DNA of 64,000 bases from an uncultured Nitrososphaerota archaeon (GCA_963799845.1 CAWCYI010000004.1:288001-352000), one strand, 5' to 3'; positions 38,355-47,621 are shown, counted from the stretch's first letter. A program made the numbers and translations. Notes: generated by a model from the letters alone, not told the origin.

Positions 38355-39874
38355 CCCACCTCAAACGCCCTGACTCGTTTCTTTAACGAACCCGTTGAGA
38401 GGTCGAGCCTGTACAGCAGGTACGCAGCACCACACACCGCAACTGAGATCAGCGCCAATGATGCACTCAGCGAGTAAAGCAGAGTTGTTGAGAGCGCATC
38501 AACGGTCATCATACTCCCGATCGCAGTTATTGAACCACTGATACCGAAAGTCCCCAATACGAGGAGAATCACGAAACTACCAGCGGTCCAAAATGAGGCG
38601 GAACGCAGCGCCGACTGCACGGGCGGCGCTCTAACCGCAGCTCCTCCTGAAGGTGGAGAAGCTTGCGTGACTTTAGAGATTCCTCCGAAGACGAGCCTAT
38701 ATGCCGCCACCGAGCAGAGTGTCACCAGAAGAGCGGTACCGCCGAGCACGAGAACTGCCTGTTCGTTTGATATTATCTGCCCCGGCGTTAGCCTACCCCA
38801 AACAGTGAGCACTGCAATCTCAGCCACGAAGATGAGTCCGAGGGTGATGTACTTCATTCTTTTCGTGATTGCCCTGGTCTGGCCTCTGTCTATGAAGGGC
38901 AGAAAGATCAATGCTAGGAAAATCAATGTAATAACGCTGAGGGCAACAGGCAGGCCCCAAGTCTCGAAAGCCTGTATCTTCAGAATCTGATAGATCCAGA
39001 GAAAGTACCAGTCCGGTTGCGCCGTGAACTGAGCCGCCGCAGTTGCCGAGTACTCCGGAGGTAGACTCAAAGGAAAGATGATTGAGATGAGGAGCATCGC
39101 TGAACCGAACAGGGCAGCGAGTTCAAGCAGGTAAAAGGAGACGTCTGGAAAGATAGGTATAAGCTTCCGTTTCGTTGTCGCGGAGGCAGTCACGGGTTCG
39201 GCTATTCCGTGCACCTCCAGCATGTACATCTTCACCGCCAGCAACACAAGAAGTACCGCAGGGAGTACGACAACGTGCAAGTCATAAAACCTGAGCAGCT
39301 CCCCCGCGTCTCCTCCGCTTCCCACTATTAGGAAGGTTAGGAACGATGAAAGTTGGCTCGGCAACGCGCTAATCATCCCCATCCCCACGTCCGTAGCAGA
39401 TTTCGAGACGACCGTCCACGGGAGAAGATATCCGGTGAACCCAAATCCGAGTGTGACGAATCCCATCAACATCCCGACAATCCACATCAGCTCCCTGGGT
39501 TTCTTCTGGACGGAGACGAAGTATCCACGCATCAAGTGCATGAATGCTAGGAAGATCATCGCGTAAGCCGTGTACAGGTGCACGGTCTCGAGAAAGGTCC
39601 CGTAACTCACATTCTGGAAGATGTACTGCGTGGTGGCGTACGCTTGGGTCGGCCCCGGAACGTAGTACAACATCAATAACACTCCCGTAATCCCCTGAAT
39701 TACGAAGGCAACTACAGCCAAGGCCCCCAACCAGTAGAACGGATTTATCGAGTACTCAGGAGCCGGGCGCAGTAAAGGATAGGAAAGTCCCAGCCTGTCA
39801 TCGAACCAACCAGTCAATTTTTCGGCCGGCGTCGTCCTAACCGGTTCGGACGGGTCTTCTGTGCTCTCAACCAA
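38342..39874 (-). CDS. Cytochrome b of a Rieske/cytochrome b complex (b + subunit IV fused, extra TMs)
   Basis: QGITG.LL..YYVP, H-x13-H in helix B, FTGYLLPW, PDWY. Confidence 0.92.
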   Translation of the reverse strand: MVESTEDPSEPVRTTPAEKLTGWFDDRLGLSYPLLRPAPEYSINPFYWLGALAVVAFVIQGITGVLLMLYYVPGPTQAYATTQYIFQNVSYGTFLETVHLYTAYAMIFLAFMHLMRGYFVSVQKKPRELMWIVGMLMGFVTLGFGFTGYLLPWTVVSKSATDVGMGMISALPSQLSSFLTFLIVGSGGDAGELLRFYDLHVVVLPAVLLVLLAVKMYMLEVHGIAEPVTASATTKRKLIPIFPDVSFYLLELAALFGSAMLLISIIFPLSLPPEYSATAAAQFTAQPDWYFLWIYQILKIQAFETWGLPVALSVITLIFLALIFLPFIDRGQTRAITKRMKYITLGLIFVAEIAVLTVWGRLTPGQIISNEQAVLVLGGTALLVTLCSVAAYRLVFGGISKVTQASPPSGGAAVRAPPVQSALRSASFWTAGSFVILLVLGTFGISGSITAIGSMMTVDALSTTLLYSLSASLALISVAVCGAAYLLYRLDLSTGSLKKRVRAFEVGWKK

Positions 39875-39875
39875 G

Positions 39876-40673
39876 TTAGGACACCAATGTCCCGCCTTGC
39901 AGATCGTATAGCACATTATCGCTGCCCGTGTGGTAGCCGAAGATGGTTGGAGGTGACATTCCCGTTGCGTAGATGTCTCCGGTCGAGTCGTCGTAGCTCA
40001 GCATCACTTGGGGTACCGGCCTCGGAGCTGGTCCTCCCAGCACCTTCGCGCTGTTTGCCAAGTCGTAAGAGGAACCGTGACAGCAGCAGTAGCCCACAGG
40101 CCCGGATGCCTTGTATGTGTTATCGCATCCTGGTGATGCACCCGGCGCCACGAAACCGTAGATGCAACCCAAGTGCTGGCAGATCTGACTGAAAGCGACG
40201 ATGTCGCCGTCGGGGCCTACCCCGTTCAGTGCCTTCTCGCCTAGCTTCACGAGAAGATTCGGCGTCTCTTCAAGCGGATAGTTGAACGTGACGGTACTAC
40301 CTCCCGTCAAGTCACTAATGTTTGCGACCTTGATTGTGGGAAAAGGACCTGATGACGATGATGATGTCGTGGTCGAAGACTCTGAAGCGGTGCTCTCAGT
40401 GCTTTCTGTGCTGCTCTCGCTCGTCGGCTGTGATGCTACAGTCGAAGTGACGGTCACAGTTGCGGTCTCAATCTGAGTCTGGGTGGGGATGACCTCAGCA
40501 GGCAGCGCTTCAGACGGGCTCACTATAGAACGTGTTACTGATCCTATTCCCAGAGCGGCCAAGACCACCCCAAAGGTTAGGCCGACCTTAAGAAAATTCC
40601 TTCGGGAGTTTTCCTTTGCATCTGTGCGGGCATTGTCTGGAGCACTCTCACCGCCATCGTTCTCTTGTGGCAT
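39876..40673 (-). CDS. Rieske iron-sulfur subunit (SoxL-like), Tat signal
   Basis: SRRNFLK, CQHLGC, CCCHGSSY, GPAPRP. Confidence 0.92.
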   Translation of the reverse strand: MPQENDGGESAPDNARTDAKENSRRNFLKVGLTFGVVLAALGIGSVTRSIVSPSEALPAEVIPTQTQIETATVTVTSTVASQPTSESSTESTESTASESSTTTSSSSSGPFPTIKVANISDLTGGSTVTFNYPLEETPNLLVKLGEKALNGVGPDGDIVAFSQICQHLGCIYGFVAPGASPGCDNTYKASGPVGYCCCHGSSYDLANSAKVLGGPAPRPVPQVMLSYDDSTGDIYATGMSPPTIFGYHTGSDNVLYDLQGGTLVS

Positions 40674-40712
40674 TGTATCACCCGCTCACGGAGTTCTACA
40701 GCAGTGATATGC

Positions 40713-42243
40713 TTACCGCCCCGCGCTTTCACGAATCGGTCTTGCAACCATTCCTGCTATCAGGCCCACAATTAGGGTTACCACTGCTGTGATGAGGGCC
40801 AGGTCGAAGGATAATCCCCCACTACTAGAGGATGTCGTGGAGGTGATTGTCGTTGACACGGGAGCAGCTGTCGAGGTTACCGTTTGGGTGATGACTGACG
40901 CCGTACTCGTCTCGGTGACCGAGGCAGGTACTCGTCTGGGTGAATGACGCCGTACTCGTCTGCGTGACTGATACGGTCACGGTCGATGGAGAACTAGTTC
41001 CTGTTGCTGAACCCTTACCGGATGATATTTCCGTCACAGTTCCATTGTATGCGAGTTTAACGGTGGCGTCCATAGTGTTTCCACCTACCATCGTATTGTT
41101 GCCGTTGACGACTAAGACTCCAATGGCCTCGTTCTGGAAGGTGTTCCCCGTAATCACAGTATTCACGGCAGCAACTGGCCCTTCGCCGCCGACGATGACT
41201 CCTTCGAGGGTCGGGAGATATCCATCTCCGCTTATGACGTTGTTCAAGATGGCGTTGCCTGTAACGACATCGCCTGGCGCATTATTGTGAACTATTACTC
41301 CGCCTTCGCCGTTGTCGATGATGTTGTTGCCAATAACTGTGTTATTGATCGCGACGGTGTTGGGTGTGTCTGCTGCCACTATTATGCCGTTCTGGTTGTC
41401 GATGACAACGTTGTCGCTGACTACGTTATTCGAGACGCCCTCTCCCTTGTCGTACGAAGAGACCACAATGGCGCAGTGATTCGGTCTGTTGTTAATTATT
41501 GTATTGCCGCTGATAGTGTTGTTGTTTCCGGGGTTCGGTGTTCCAGTCGGGATGTTCGAGCCTGGGGCGGCTGTAGCATTCCAGGACGGGTCGATAGCTC
41601 CGTCATCAGTTATGCCCACCCCACCGTACAGATTGCCTACAATCGTGTTGCCGTCGATTGCAGAGTCCGATGTTCCCGCTAACTGGATGGCTTTGTCTTC
41701 GCCTAGGCCAGCTTGTATGTTTAGGCCGTTGTTAGAGGCGAAGTCGTTCTCCACTCTTACGTTGGAGCTGTCTTGGACGAAGATTCCGTGGTTGTTAGCA
41801 TTAATGGTCGCGAACCCTTCGACGACCGTGCCCGAGGCAGACTCGCCGACGACTACGATGCCGTTCGCCAGTCCCGTCGCGTTTATGATAGTGCTCAGTG
41901 GCATCCCATTCTCTGACATCAGGTCAATGGGTGTCGTGATGACTACCATTTCATTATACGTGCCGGGTTCGACGATTATAGTCGAAGCGTTTTTTGAGCT
42001 CGCGTAGAAGCTCGTCGCCTGAGCTACCGCGTGAGTAATGGTGGCGAAGGGGCTAGCAAACGAACCGGTGCCAGTAGTGTCACTACCCGTTGGGCTTACG
42101 TATAATACACTGCTGTTGTCCGTTGGTGCAGCCGCACTTACTGTCCGGCCAAGAAGAGCACCGGACGATAAGGCAAATAGGATGACCAAGCATGTCGCCG
42201 TGAACATTTTCGTACTCAAGGTGAAATTTGCATTCTGTTGCAT
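40713..42243 (-). CDS. Secreted right-handed beta-helix protein with S/T linker and C-terminal anchor (apparent frameshift ~40926)
   Basis: YVSPTGSD..G...PFATI, NNT/GN PbH repeats. Removing one base restores TQTSTAS repeats and a TM helix ending at TAA 40713. Confidence 0.8.
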
Positions 42244-42284
42244 AGACGAAGTCGCTTAGTCTTAGTCTCATAAACTCTAAGACG

Positions 42285-42302
42285 ATTCTCAAAAATGATA
42301 AT
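42285..42302 (-). promoter_or_regulatory. 18-bp regulon palindrome for beta-helix/Rieske/cyt b operon
   Basis: ATTCTCA-aaaa-TGATAAT; CGT and 10 bp to TTTATGA on minus strand. Confidence 0.78.
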
Positions 42303-42345
42303 GAACAGGATAACCCTCCTCAGCAATTCTGAGAGTCTGGAATGC

Positions 42346-42363
42346 ATTTTCAAAAGAGAGAAT
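42346..42363 (+). promoter_or_regulatory. 18-bp regulon palindrome for hsp20
   Basis: ATTTTCA-aaag-AGAGAAT + CG, 11 bp to TTATAAGA. Confidence 0.7.
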
Positions 42364-42413
42364 CGCCTCAAGTGTTATAAGAAACTCGTGCCCGGATCTA
42401 CCAGTGGTTTGAA

Positions 42414-42935
42414 ATGGCAAAGAAAGATAGAGCCGAAAAAGAATCAAACAAGAATAATCGGATTGCAGTTTGGAGTCCGGATGAATACGCTCGTGAAATG
42501 GATCGAGTCTTTTCAGACTTTGAGCAACGGATGAACAAATCTTTCCCCGGTTCATTCGGCGGTGGTTTTCCATTCCCGAGATGGAGATCCTTTGAATTAC
42601 CTGAAGTGAGGCGCCCGTTCGCCGATTTGATAGATGCGGGTTCGGAGTATCGGGCCCGCGTGGAAGTACCGGGAATTCCAAAAGAGAAACTCAACATCTC
42701 AGTAACGCCAAAAGAAATCAAGATTGAGGGAGAGGCAGAGTCCAATTTTGACGAAAAGAAGGAGGGCTTCGTCAGGAGGGAAAGGACTTACTCGAAGGTT
42801 AGGAGAGAGTTGGCCTTCCCTGAGGACGTGATCGCGGAAAAAGCAGAAGCGACGGTTAAAGACGGGGTACTCGAAGTTAGGGTCCCAAAAAAGGTCCCGA
42901 GTGAGGCGAAAACTCACAAAGTTCAAATAAAGTGA
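42414..42935 (+). CDS. hsp20: Small heat shock protein Hsp20
   Basis: Alpha-crystallin domain: EVPGI.KE, RERTY, A..KDGVLEV.VPK, VQI. Confidence 0.94.
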   Translation: MAKKDRAEKESNKNNRIAVWSPDEYAREMDRVFSDFEQRMNKSFPGSFGGGFPFPRWRSFELPEVRRPFADLIDAGSEYRARVEVPGIPKEKLNISVTPKEIKIEGEAESNFDEKKEGFVRRERTYSKVRRELAFPEDVIAEKAEATVKDGVLEVRVPKKVPSEAKTHKVQIK

Positions 42936-43026
42936 GACGTCCCTCACTATCGTCCGGAACTCGGTCTAGAAAACTTCTAACAGTGGCCGAGATCAACTTT
43001 TTCGGATTACTCAATTGTTAGACACT

Positions 43027-43500
43027 ATGCTAATTCAGGTTGAAGTTCCCGACGGGACAAACGTGATTATCGGTCAATCTCATTTTATCAAGACAACAGA
43101 AGACATCCATGAAGCCCTGGTAAGTTCTGTTCCGGGGATTCAATTTGGACTTGCATTCTGTGAGTCATCGGGTCCAAGATTAGTACGCGTCGAGGGGACC
43201 AGCGAAGAGCTAAGGAAACTCGCCATTAAGAATGTTGTTGAAATCGGTGCTGGTCATTCCTTCATCATCTACATCAAGGGAGCTTTTCCAATCAACGTAT
43301 TGAACGCTCTGAAAAATCTGGGAGAGGTGTGCCAAATCTTCTGTGCTACTGCAAATCCGGTTCAGGTTATTGTGGCTCAGTCAGAGCAGGGCAGGGGAAT
43401 TTTGGGGGTCATTGATGGTGGCTCTCCGATGGGTGTTGAATTAGAACAGGATGTCAAGGAGCGACGGGCTTTTCTGAGGAAAATCGGGTACAAACTCTGA
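43027..43500 (+). CDS. Adenosine-specific kinase family (DUF355)
   Basis: NVIIGQSHFIKT.ED, AFCESSG, CATANP, GRGILGVIDG. Confidence 0.9.
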   Translation: MLIQVEVPDGTNVIIGQSHFIKTTEDIHEALVSSVPGIQFGLAFCESSGPRLVRVEGTSEELRKLAIKNVVEIGAGHSFIIYIKGAFPINVLNALKNLGEVCQIFCATANPVQVIVAQSEQGRGILGVIDGGSPMGVELEQDVKERRAFLRKIGYKL

Positions 43501-43558
43501 CCAATCTGATTGATCCTGCCCAATCCTTTAATTCTGCACTAAATTCCTCTTCTTTGAA

Positions 43559-43987
43559 GTGAGCAAATTGCCAGCCTCTCTTATGGCTAAGGACGTGATG
43601 GATTCGAAAGTCGTAATGATGGATGCCTCGGCTATCGTGAATGATGCGATAAAGAAAATGGTATCTTCGGATACCTGGTCGATCTTGATCGAAAAGAATG
43701 GCCTTCCAATCGGTGTTCTGACAGAACGGGATATATTCAGGCGATGCCTAGGAATCGGGAATTCCCCTGACAAGATGATGGTTGAAGAAATCATGAGTTC
43801 TCCCATCGTTTCGGTAGCTCCGGACGATCGGATGGGAACGGTCATGGACACGATGGTTCAGAAGAATATTCGCCGTGTATTCGTAATAGAGAATGGCAAA
43901 GTTATTGGAAGGATTACTCAGACGAAGTTGTTTGATGATGCAGTCAATCTGATGGAGAGCCTTTCTTCCTTGAGGTACCAGATGTGA
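43559..43987 (+). CDS. CBS-pair protein
   Basis: GVLTERD, IMSSP, IRRVFV. Confidence 0.9.
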   Translation: MSKLPASLMAKDVMDSKVVMMDASAIVNDAIKKMVSSDTWSILIEKNGLPIGVLTERDIFRRCLGIGNSPDKMMVEEIMSSPIVSVAPDDRMGTVMDTMVQKNIRRVFVIENGKVIGRITQTKLFDDAVNLMESLSSLRYQM

Positions 43988-44106
43988 GCGCTTCAGTGTA
44001 TTCTGCCCTAGATCATTCTTCTAGTGAGATTTGATCTATCCCGCGTTATCGATTGTCGAAACTGCGACCGAAATTGGTTCAGGGATTTTTTCACCGGTGC
44101 GAAATT

Positions 44107-44608
44107 TCACTTTATGACAAGGACGTTGCAAGGGGCATGAAGTACTACCCCGCTCGAAACGCTTCCCAGCAGAAGCTTCTTGAAACCTCCCAGACCACGG
44201 GTGCCCATTACGATCAGGTCGATTTTTTCTCCGGTTGCCATATCGGTTATAGTCTCCACGATGGTCGAAGCTGTCCTCAGCACCTCTGATCTTGTACTAA
44301 CACCAAGCTGGTTTGCATTCAGCTACCATTTCTCCGACTGACTTTCTTGCATCCTGGTCCATGTAATCATAGTATTCATCAAATGTTTTCCGGGGCACAT
44401 CAAGGCCACCGACAAATCGAGGCATCGGTATGACACTGAGAACGATCAATTCCGCTCCGTATTCTTTTGCAATTCGTGCAGCAACCTCGGCTGCCTTCTT
44501 GGACATCGGTGAACCGTCGATCGGGACGAGAATCTTGGAAGGAGGAAAGGCCGATTCGAATTTTTCTTGCGATGATTCTGCGCTCAAAGTAGAATCCAGG
44601 TGCTCCAT
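44107..44608 (-). CDS. Universal stress protein (apparent frameshift ~44300-44322)
   Basis: KILVPIDGS in one frame; DLIVMGTRGLGGFKKLLLGSVS...CNVLVIK-TGA(44107) in the next. Confidence 0.85.
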
Positions 44609-44644
44609 TTTACGTGTGAGGATCACTAATAAGAGAATTAGACC

Positions 44645-44662
44645 ATTATCAATCTTGGGAAA
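44645..44662 (-). promoter_or_regulatory. 18-bp regulon palindrome for USP (minus)
   Basis: ATTATCA-atct-TGGGAAA, 11-12 bp from TTATTAG. Confidence 0.65.
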
Positions 44663-44702
44663 CTTTCTCAGACACCAAGTTTTTGTCCTGGCGAGAGAAG
44701 CT

Positions 44703-44720
44703 GCTCCTACGGTTGAAAAT
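44703..44720 (+). promoter_or_regulatory. 18-bp regulon palindrome for USP (plus)
   Basis: GCTCCTA-cggt-TGAAAAT + CGT, 11 bp to TTTAACTA. Confidence 0.6.
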
Positions 44721-44762
44721 CGTATACTAAGTTTAACTACCATATGCTCTTGAAACCGGCGC

Positions 44763-45207
44763 ATGGATCAAATTCTCGTGGCGGTTGACGGCTCCAAACA
44801 TTCCTTCAATATCGTGGACAAAGGTTGCGAACAGGCAAAGGCATTCTCTTCTTCCATTTTGCTGGTTTATGTGATGAAAGAGTATGTAGAGGAACCGGAA
44901 GGAATAGTGTCCTATGAAAAGTCTGAGGGTTATCAAGACGCGTTTTCCGATTATCTACAGCAACTGGGGGACCAAATAACGGGCAAGCTCAGCTGAGAAG
45001 ATCCAACAAGCGGGCATCCCTTTCCGCACAATTACTCCTTCAGGTAATGTGGCCGATGAAATTCTTAATGTCGCAAACGTGGAGAAGGTCAGAATGATCG
45101 TGATAGGAATCAAAGGTCTACATGGTCTGGCCAAAATTAGATCGCTCGGCAGCGTGACTAGAAGGGTCGCCGAAAACGCAGAATGTCCCGTACTTGTGGT
45201 GCCCTGA
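44763..45207 (+). CDS. Universal stress protein (apparent +1 frameshift at ~44990)
   Basis: ILVAVDGS then, after AGCTCAGCT, AEKIQ...IVIGIKGLHG..SLGSVTRRV..CPVLVVP-TGA. Confidence 0.85.
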
Positions 45208-45254
45208 CTAGATTCAATATCGTTTCTACAACAAGCTTCAGAAACGAGTTTCTA

Positions 45255-45740
45255 TCAGGTGCGACGCTCAAGAATCATGTACCACGTTCCTAGCGCCTTA
45301 GCACACAATCTCCCATCTCCATCTCGTATTTCAGCTTCGGCAACGGAAACATTCCGTCCGTGTCGGAGGACTCTACCTGTTGCCGTGAAGGGTTCCTTTC
45401 TTAGTGGTTCGAGAAAATTGATCTTGAGTTCCAGAGTGACTTGATCTATTCCGGTGTTATTCGTCATAACTGCTATTCCACCGACGTTATCTAGTGCAAA
45501 CGAGATTATTCCTCCATGAACTATCCCGCCGTGACGCGCAACTTCTTGACTGTAGGGAAAAGTCAGCTCCGCATAGCCGTCACCGACCTTCTTGACCGAG
45601 AACTTTGCTATAGAGAAAAGACCGCTCTCTCCCTGCAGGAACCTCTCCAGTTCGGATTCAACGCTCAGACCCTGGTTTCTCACAATTTCGAAGAGGCCCC
45701 TGAATCCACCAGAGCTCTTCAGCATTTCTTCGAAGCTCAT
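45255..45740 (-). CDS. PaaI-family hotdog thioesterase
   Basis: GIVHGG...LD, TLELKINFL.P. Confidence 0.9.
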   Translation of the reverse strand: MSFEEMLKSSGGFRGLFEIVRNQGLSVESELERFLQGESGLFSIAKFSVKKVGDGYAELTFPYSQEVARHGGIVHGGIISFALDNVGGIAVMTNNTGIDQVTLELKINFLEPLRKEPFTATGRVLRHGRNVSVAEAEIRDGDGRLCAKALGTWYMILERRT

Positions 45741-45818
45741 ATCTTCGGCAGGGAACGGTTTCTTTTCTTATTACATTAACGAATAGCCTCACTATTCCAA
45801 GAAGGCGCTTCCTTTCCG

Positions 45819-45836
45819 AATATCAAAAATGATAAT
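45819..45836 (+). promoter_or_regulatory. 18-bp regulon palindrome for small zinc-ribbon gene
   Basis: AATATCA-aaaa-TGATAAT + CGT, 11 bp to TTCAAATA. Confidence 0.7.
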
Positions 45837-45892
45837 CGTCTCTTCCTTTCAAATACGACAATCGAGGGTAGACGTCTCAGGGATCGACGGGA

Positions 45893-46072
45893 ATGCCAAT
45901 AAAATGTCCTGATTGTTCCTTGGAAATGGTGAAGCACAAGAAATCCTTCATCCTCAATGAAAAGGGTGATGGTGGAACCACAAGGCACGTCATTGCCTAC
46001 GCATGTTTGAAATGTGGAATGCTCCGTCTCTATTTCGAGCCGACGAATCTGTCGCTCGCAGGGATGGAATGA
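45893..46072 (+). CDS. 59-aa zinc-ribbon microprotein (not in ORF track)
   Basis: MPIKCPDCSLEMVK...YACLKCGMLRLY...; has its own regulon promoter. Confidence 0.75.
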   Translation: MPIKCPDCSLEMVKHKKSFILNEKGDGGTTRHVIAYACLKCGMLRLYFEPTNLSLAGME

Positions 46073-46073
46073 A

Positions 46074-47576
46074 CTAACGAAACGCCGAAAGAAATCCGAC
46101 GATGCAGTCCTTTATGGACAATAGTGTCATGTGTTTCACCGGACGCCCGTCTCTCGGAAAATTTGCGAGTCTATCGATCCTGAAATAAATCGGGGGATGA
46201 GGGTCGAACTGGAACCAGTCCAGCAGTTTGGCCATCGGACTATATTTTTCATGATAAAATTGCCTCATGCCGATTGATGTCAGAGCAGCCGCCAAGACTT
46301 GAGGATTTCCCAAGGTCACGGCCGACTCCGTGTCCGCTCTGGTCTCGAGGACTTTTCCCACTGCGAAGATCGCCCCGAAAGCGACGATGAAATACAGTAT
46401 CGGCTGGTAGATGAATAAAGGGTACCAGATGTAAAACCTCGCGAATAACTCGAACGAAGTCACGGCGAAAAGAATGATAGGGTCGTGACCCTTGATGTGT
46501 CCGAGCTCGTGTCCTATCACGGATTCCAACTCTTCCTCGCTCAAGTCCTCCAAAGATCCCGCCGTTATCATGATCGACGAATGATTTGTGGAAATACCGG
46601 TTGCGGCGGCGTTGGACACCAAGCTGTTTGCTATCACGATTTGCGGAGGAGCTCGATGGAATTTGGCGGAGACTCTCTCGACGATCGCGTATACATTGCG
46701 TGTCTTGATCTCGACGTCGTTCACGTTTGCGTGGATTCCGTGCTTTGAGAGAATCTGAAGGACAGTTGTTTTCACGCCGAGTCTCTCGGAAACCGTTGTC
46801 GGAATTTCGATTGACTTCATTACTTCGTCTCTAATCTCTGGCAAAATTTTCTTCCCATAGGTCGAGAGAGACTTGAGGGTTTCCTTGTCCGATCTTACAC
46901 TGACGATAGTCACAAGCGGCTTCTCGGCCGTAGGGTGAACGTTCCCCATGCTCATCGCAATTCTGTCTGAGAAAATCAGGTAGACCAATTGGAGCGCGAT
47001 CAACACGAATACTGTATAGATGCCGATTATGAAAAAAAGGACGAAACTCAGAAAAAGGAAAGTCAGAAAGACATTGGCGGTATTTCCCCTGAACAGCCGC
47101 TTCAAAATGCTCCGAAGCGGCGAGTCCTGCTGACCCGGGGCTTCGGAATGTTCTTCATGGCCTCCGATCACGAAGTAGAGCGTACTCAGCTTTGTATTTT
47201 GCATATACTGCCAGACTATGCTCTGAAGGTCGTCAATCACTCTAGAAGACAGGGCGACCTGCTGAGAGTTACTGACATCAAGAGCCTCGAATCTAAGCTC
47301 TACAGCAAGCTGACTGATTGAAAGGTTGATAGCGAGCGGAACTGTCGCTCCACCTTCGTGAAGCTTGAATCTCCAATAAAGCTCAACAGTTCCCTGAGAG
47401 TCAACCCGCCTGAATGATGCCGGCTCAATAAATTGCATATTTGGAGTGATGTAATACCTTTGGATCGCCTCAGCCAGGCCGTCGACCGCGGCCGCAGGAA
47501 TATTTTCTTGAATAACTACTCGTTTTGTTGAGGTTGATTGGATTGCCAAACGCCTAATTCCCCACTGATATTCCAA
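46074..47576 (-). CDS. M48 (HtpX-like) membrane zinc metalloprotease with N-terminal extension
   Basis: NAAATG, HELGH, ETRAD, HPP..FRI. Confidence 0.88.
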   Translation of the reverse strand: MEYQWGIRRLAIQSTSTKRVVIQENIPAAAVDGLAEAIQRYYITPNMQFIEPASFRRVDSQGTVELYWRFKLHEGGATVPLAINLSISQLAVELRFEALDVSNSQQVALSSRVIDDLQSIVWQYMQNTKLSTLYFVIGGHEEHSEAPGQQDSPLRSILKRLFRGNTANVFLTFLFLSFVLFFIIGIYTVFVLIALQLVYLIFSDRIAMSMGNVHPTAEKPLVTIVSVRSDKETLKSLSTYGKKILPEIRDEVMKSIEIPTTVSERLGVKTTVLQILSKHGIHANVNDVEIKTRNVYAIVERVSAKFHRAPPQIVIANSLVSNAAATGISTNHSSIMITAGSLEDLSEEELESVIGHELGHIKGHDPIILFAVTSFELFARFYIWYPLFIYQPILYFIVAFGAIFAVGKVLETRADTESAVTLGNPQVLAAALTSIGMRQFYHEKYSPMAKLLDWFQFDPHPPIYFRIDRLANFPRDGRPVKHMTLLSIKDCIVGFLSAFR

Positions 47577-47621
47577 CTAAGGTTCGAATATTCTTTTGAT
47601 CAGTCTCGTCAATTACTAAAC

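Noticed and set aside
40877-40969. Short direct repeats (GTACTCGTCT) as CRISPR or a mobile repeat
   Set aside because: They encode the TQTSTAS linker of the beta-helix protein; no spacers or cas genes.
16957-45836. The 18-bp motif as a Fur/Zur box (half-site TGATAAT; ZIP transporter nearby)
   Set aside because: Half-sites are in the opposite order to the Fur 7-1-7 box with a 4-bp spacer, lie upstream of rather than over the core promoter, and the ZIP gene has no clear site. Not fully excluded.
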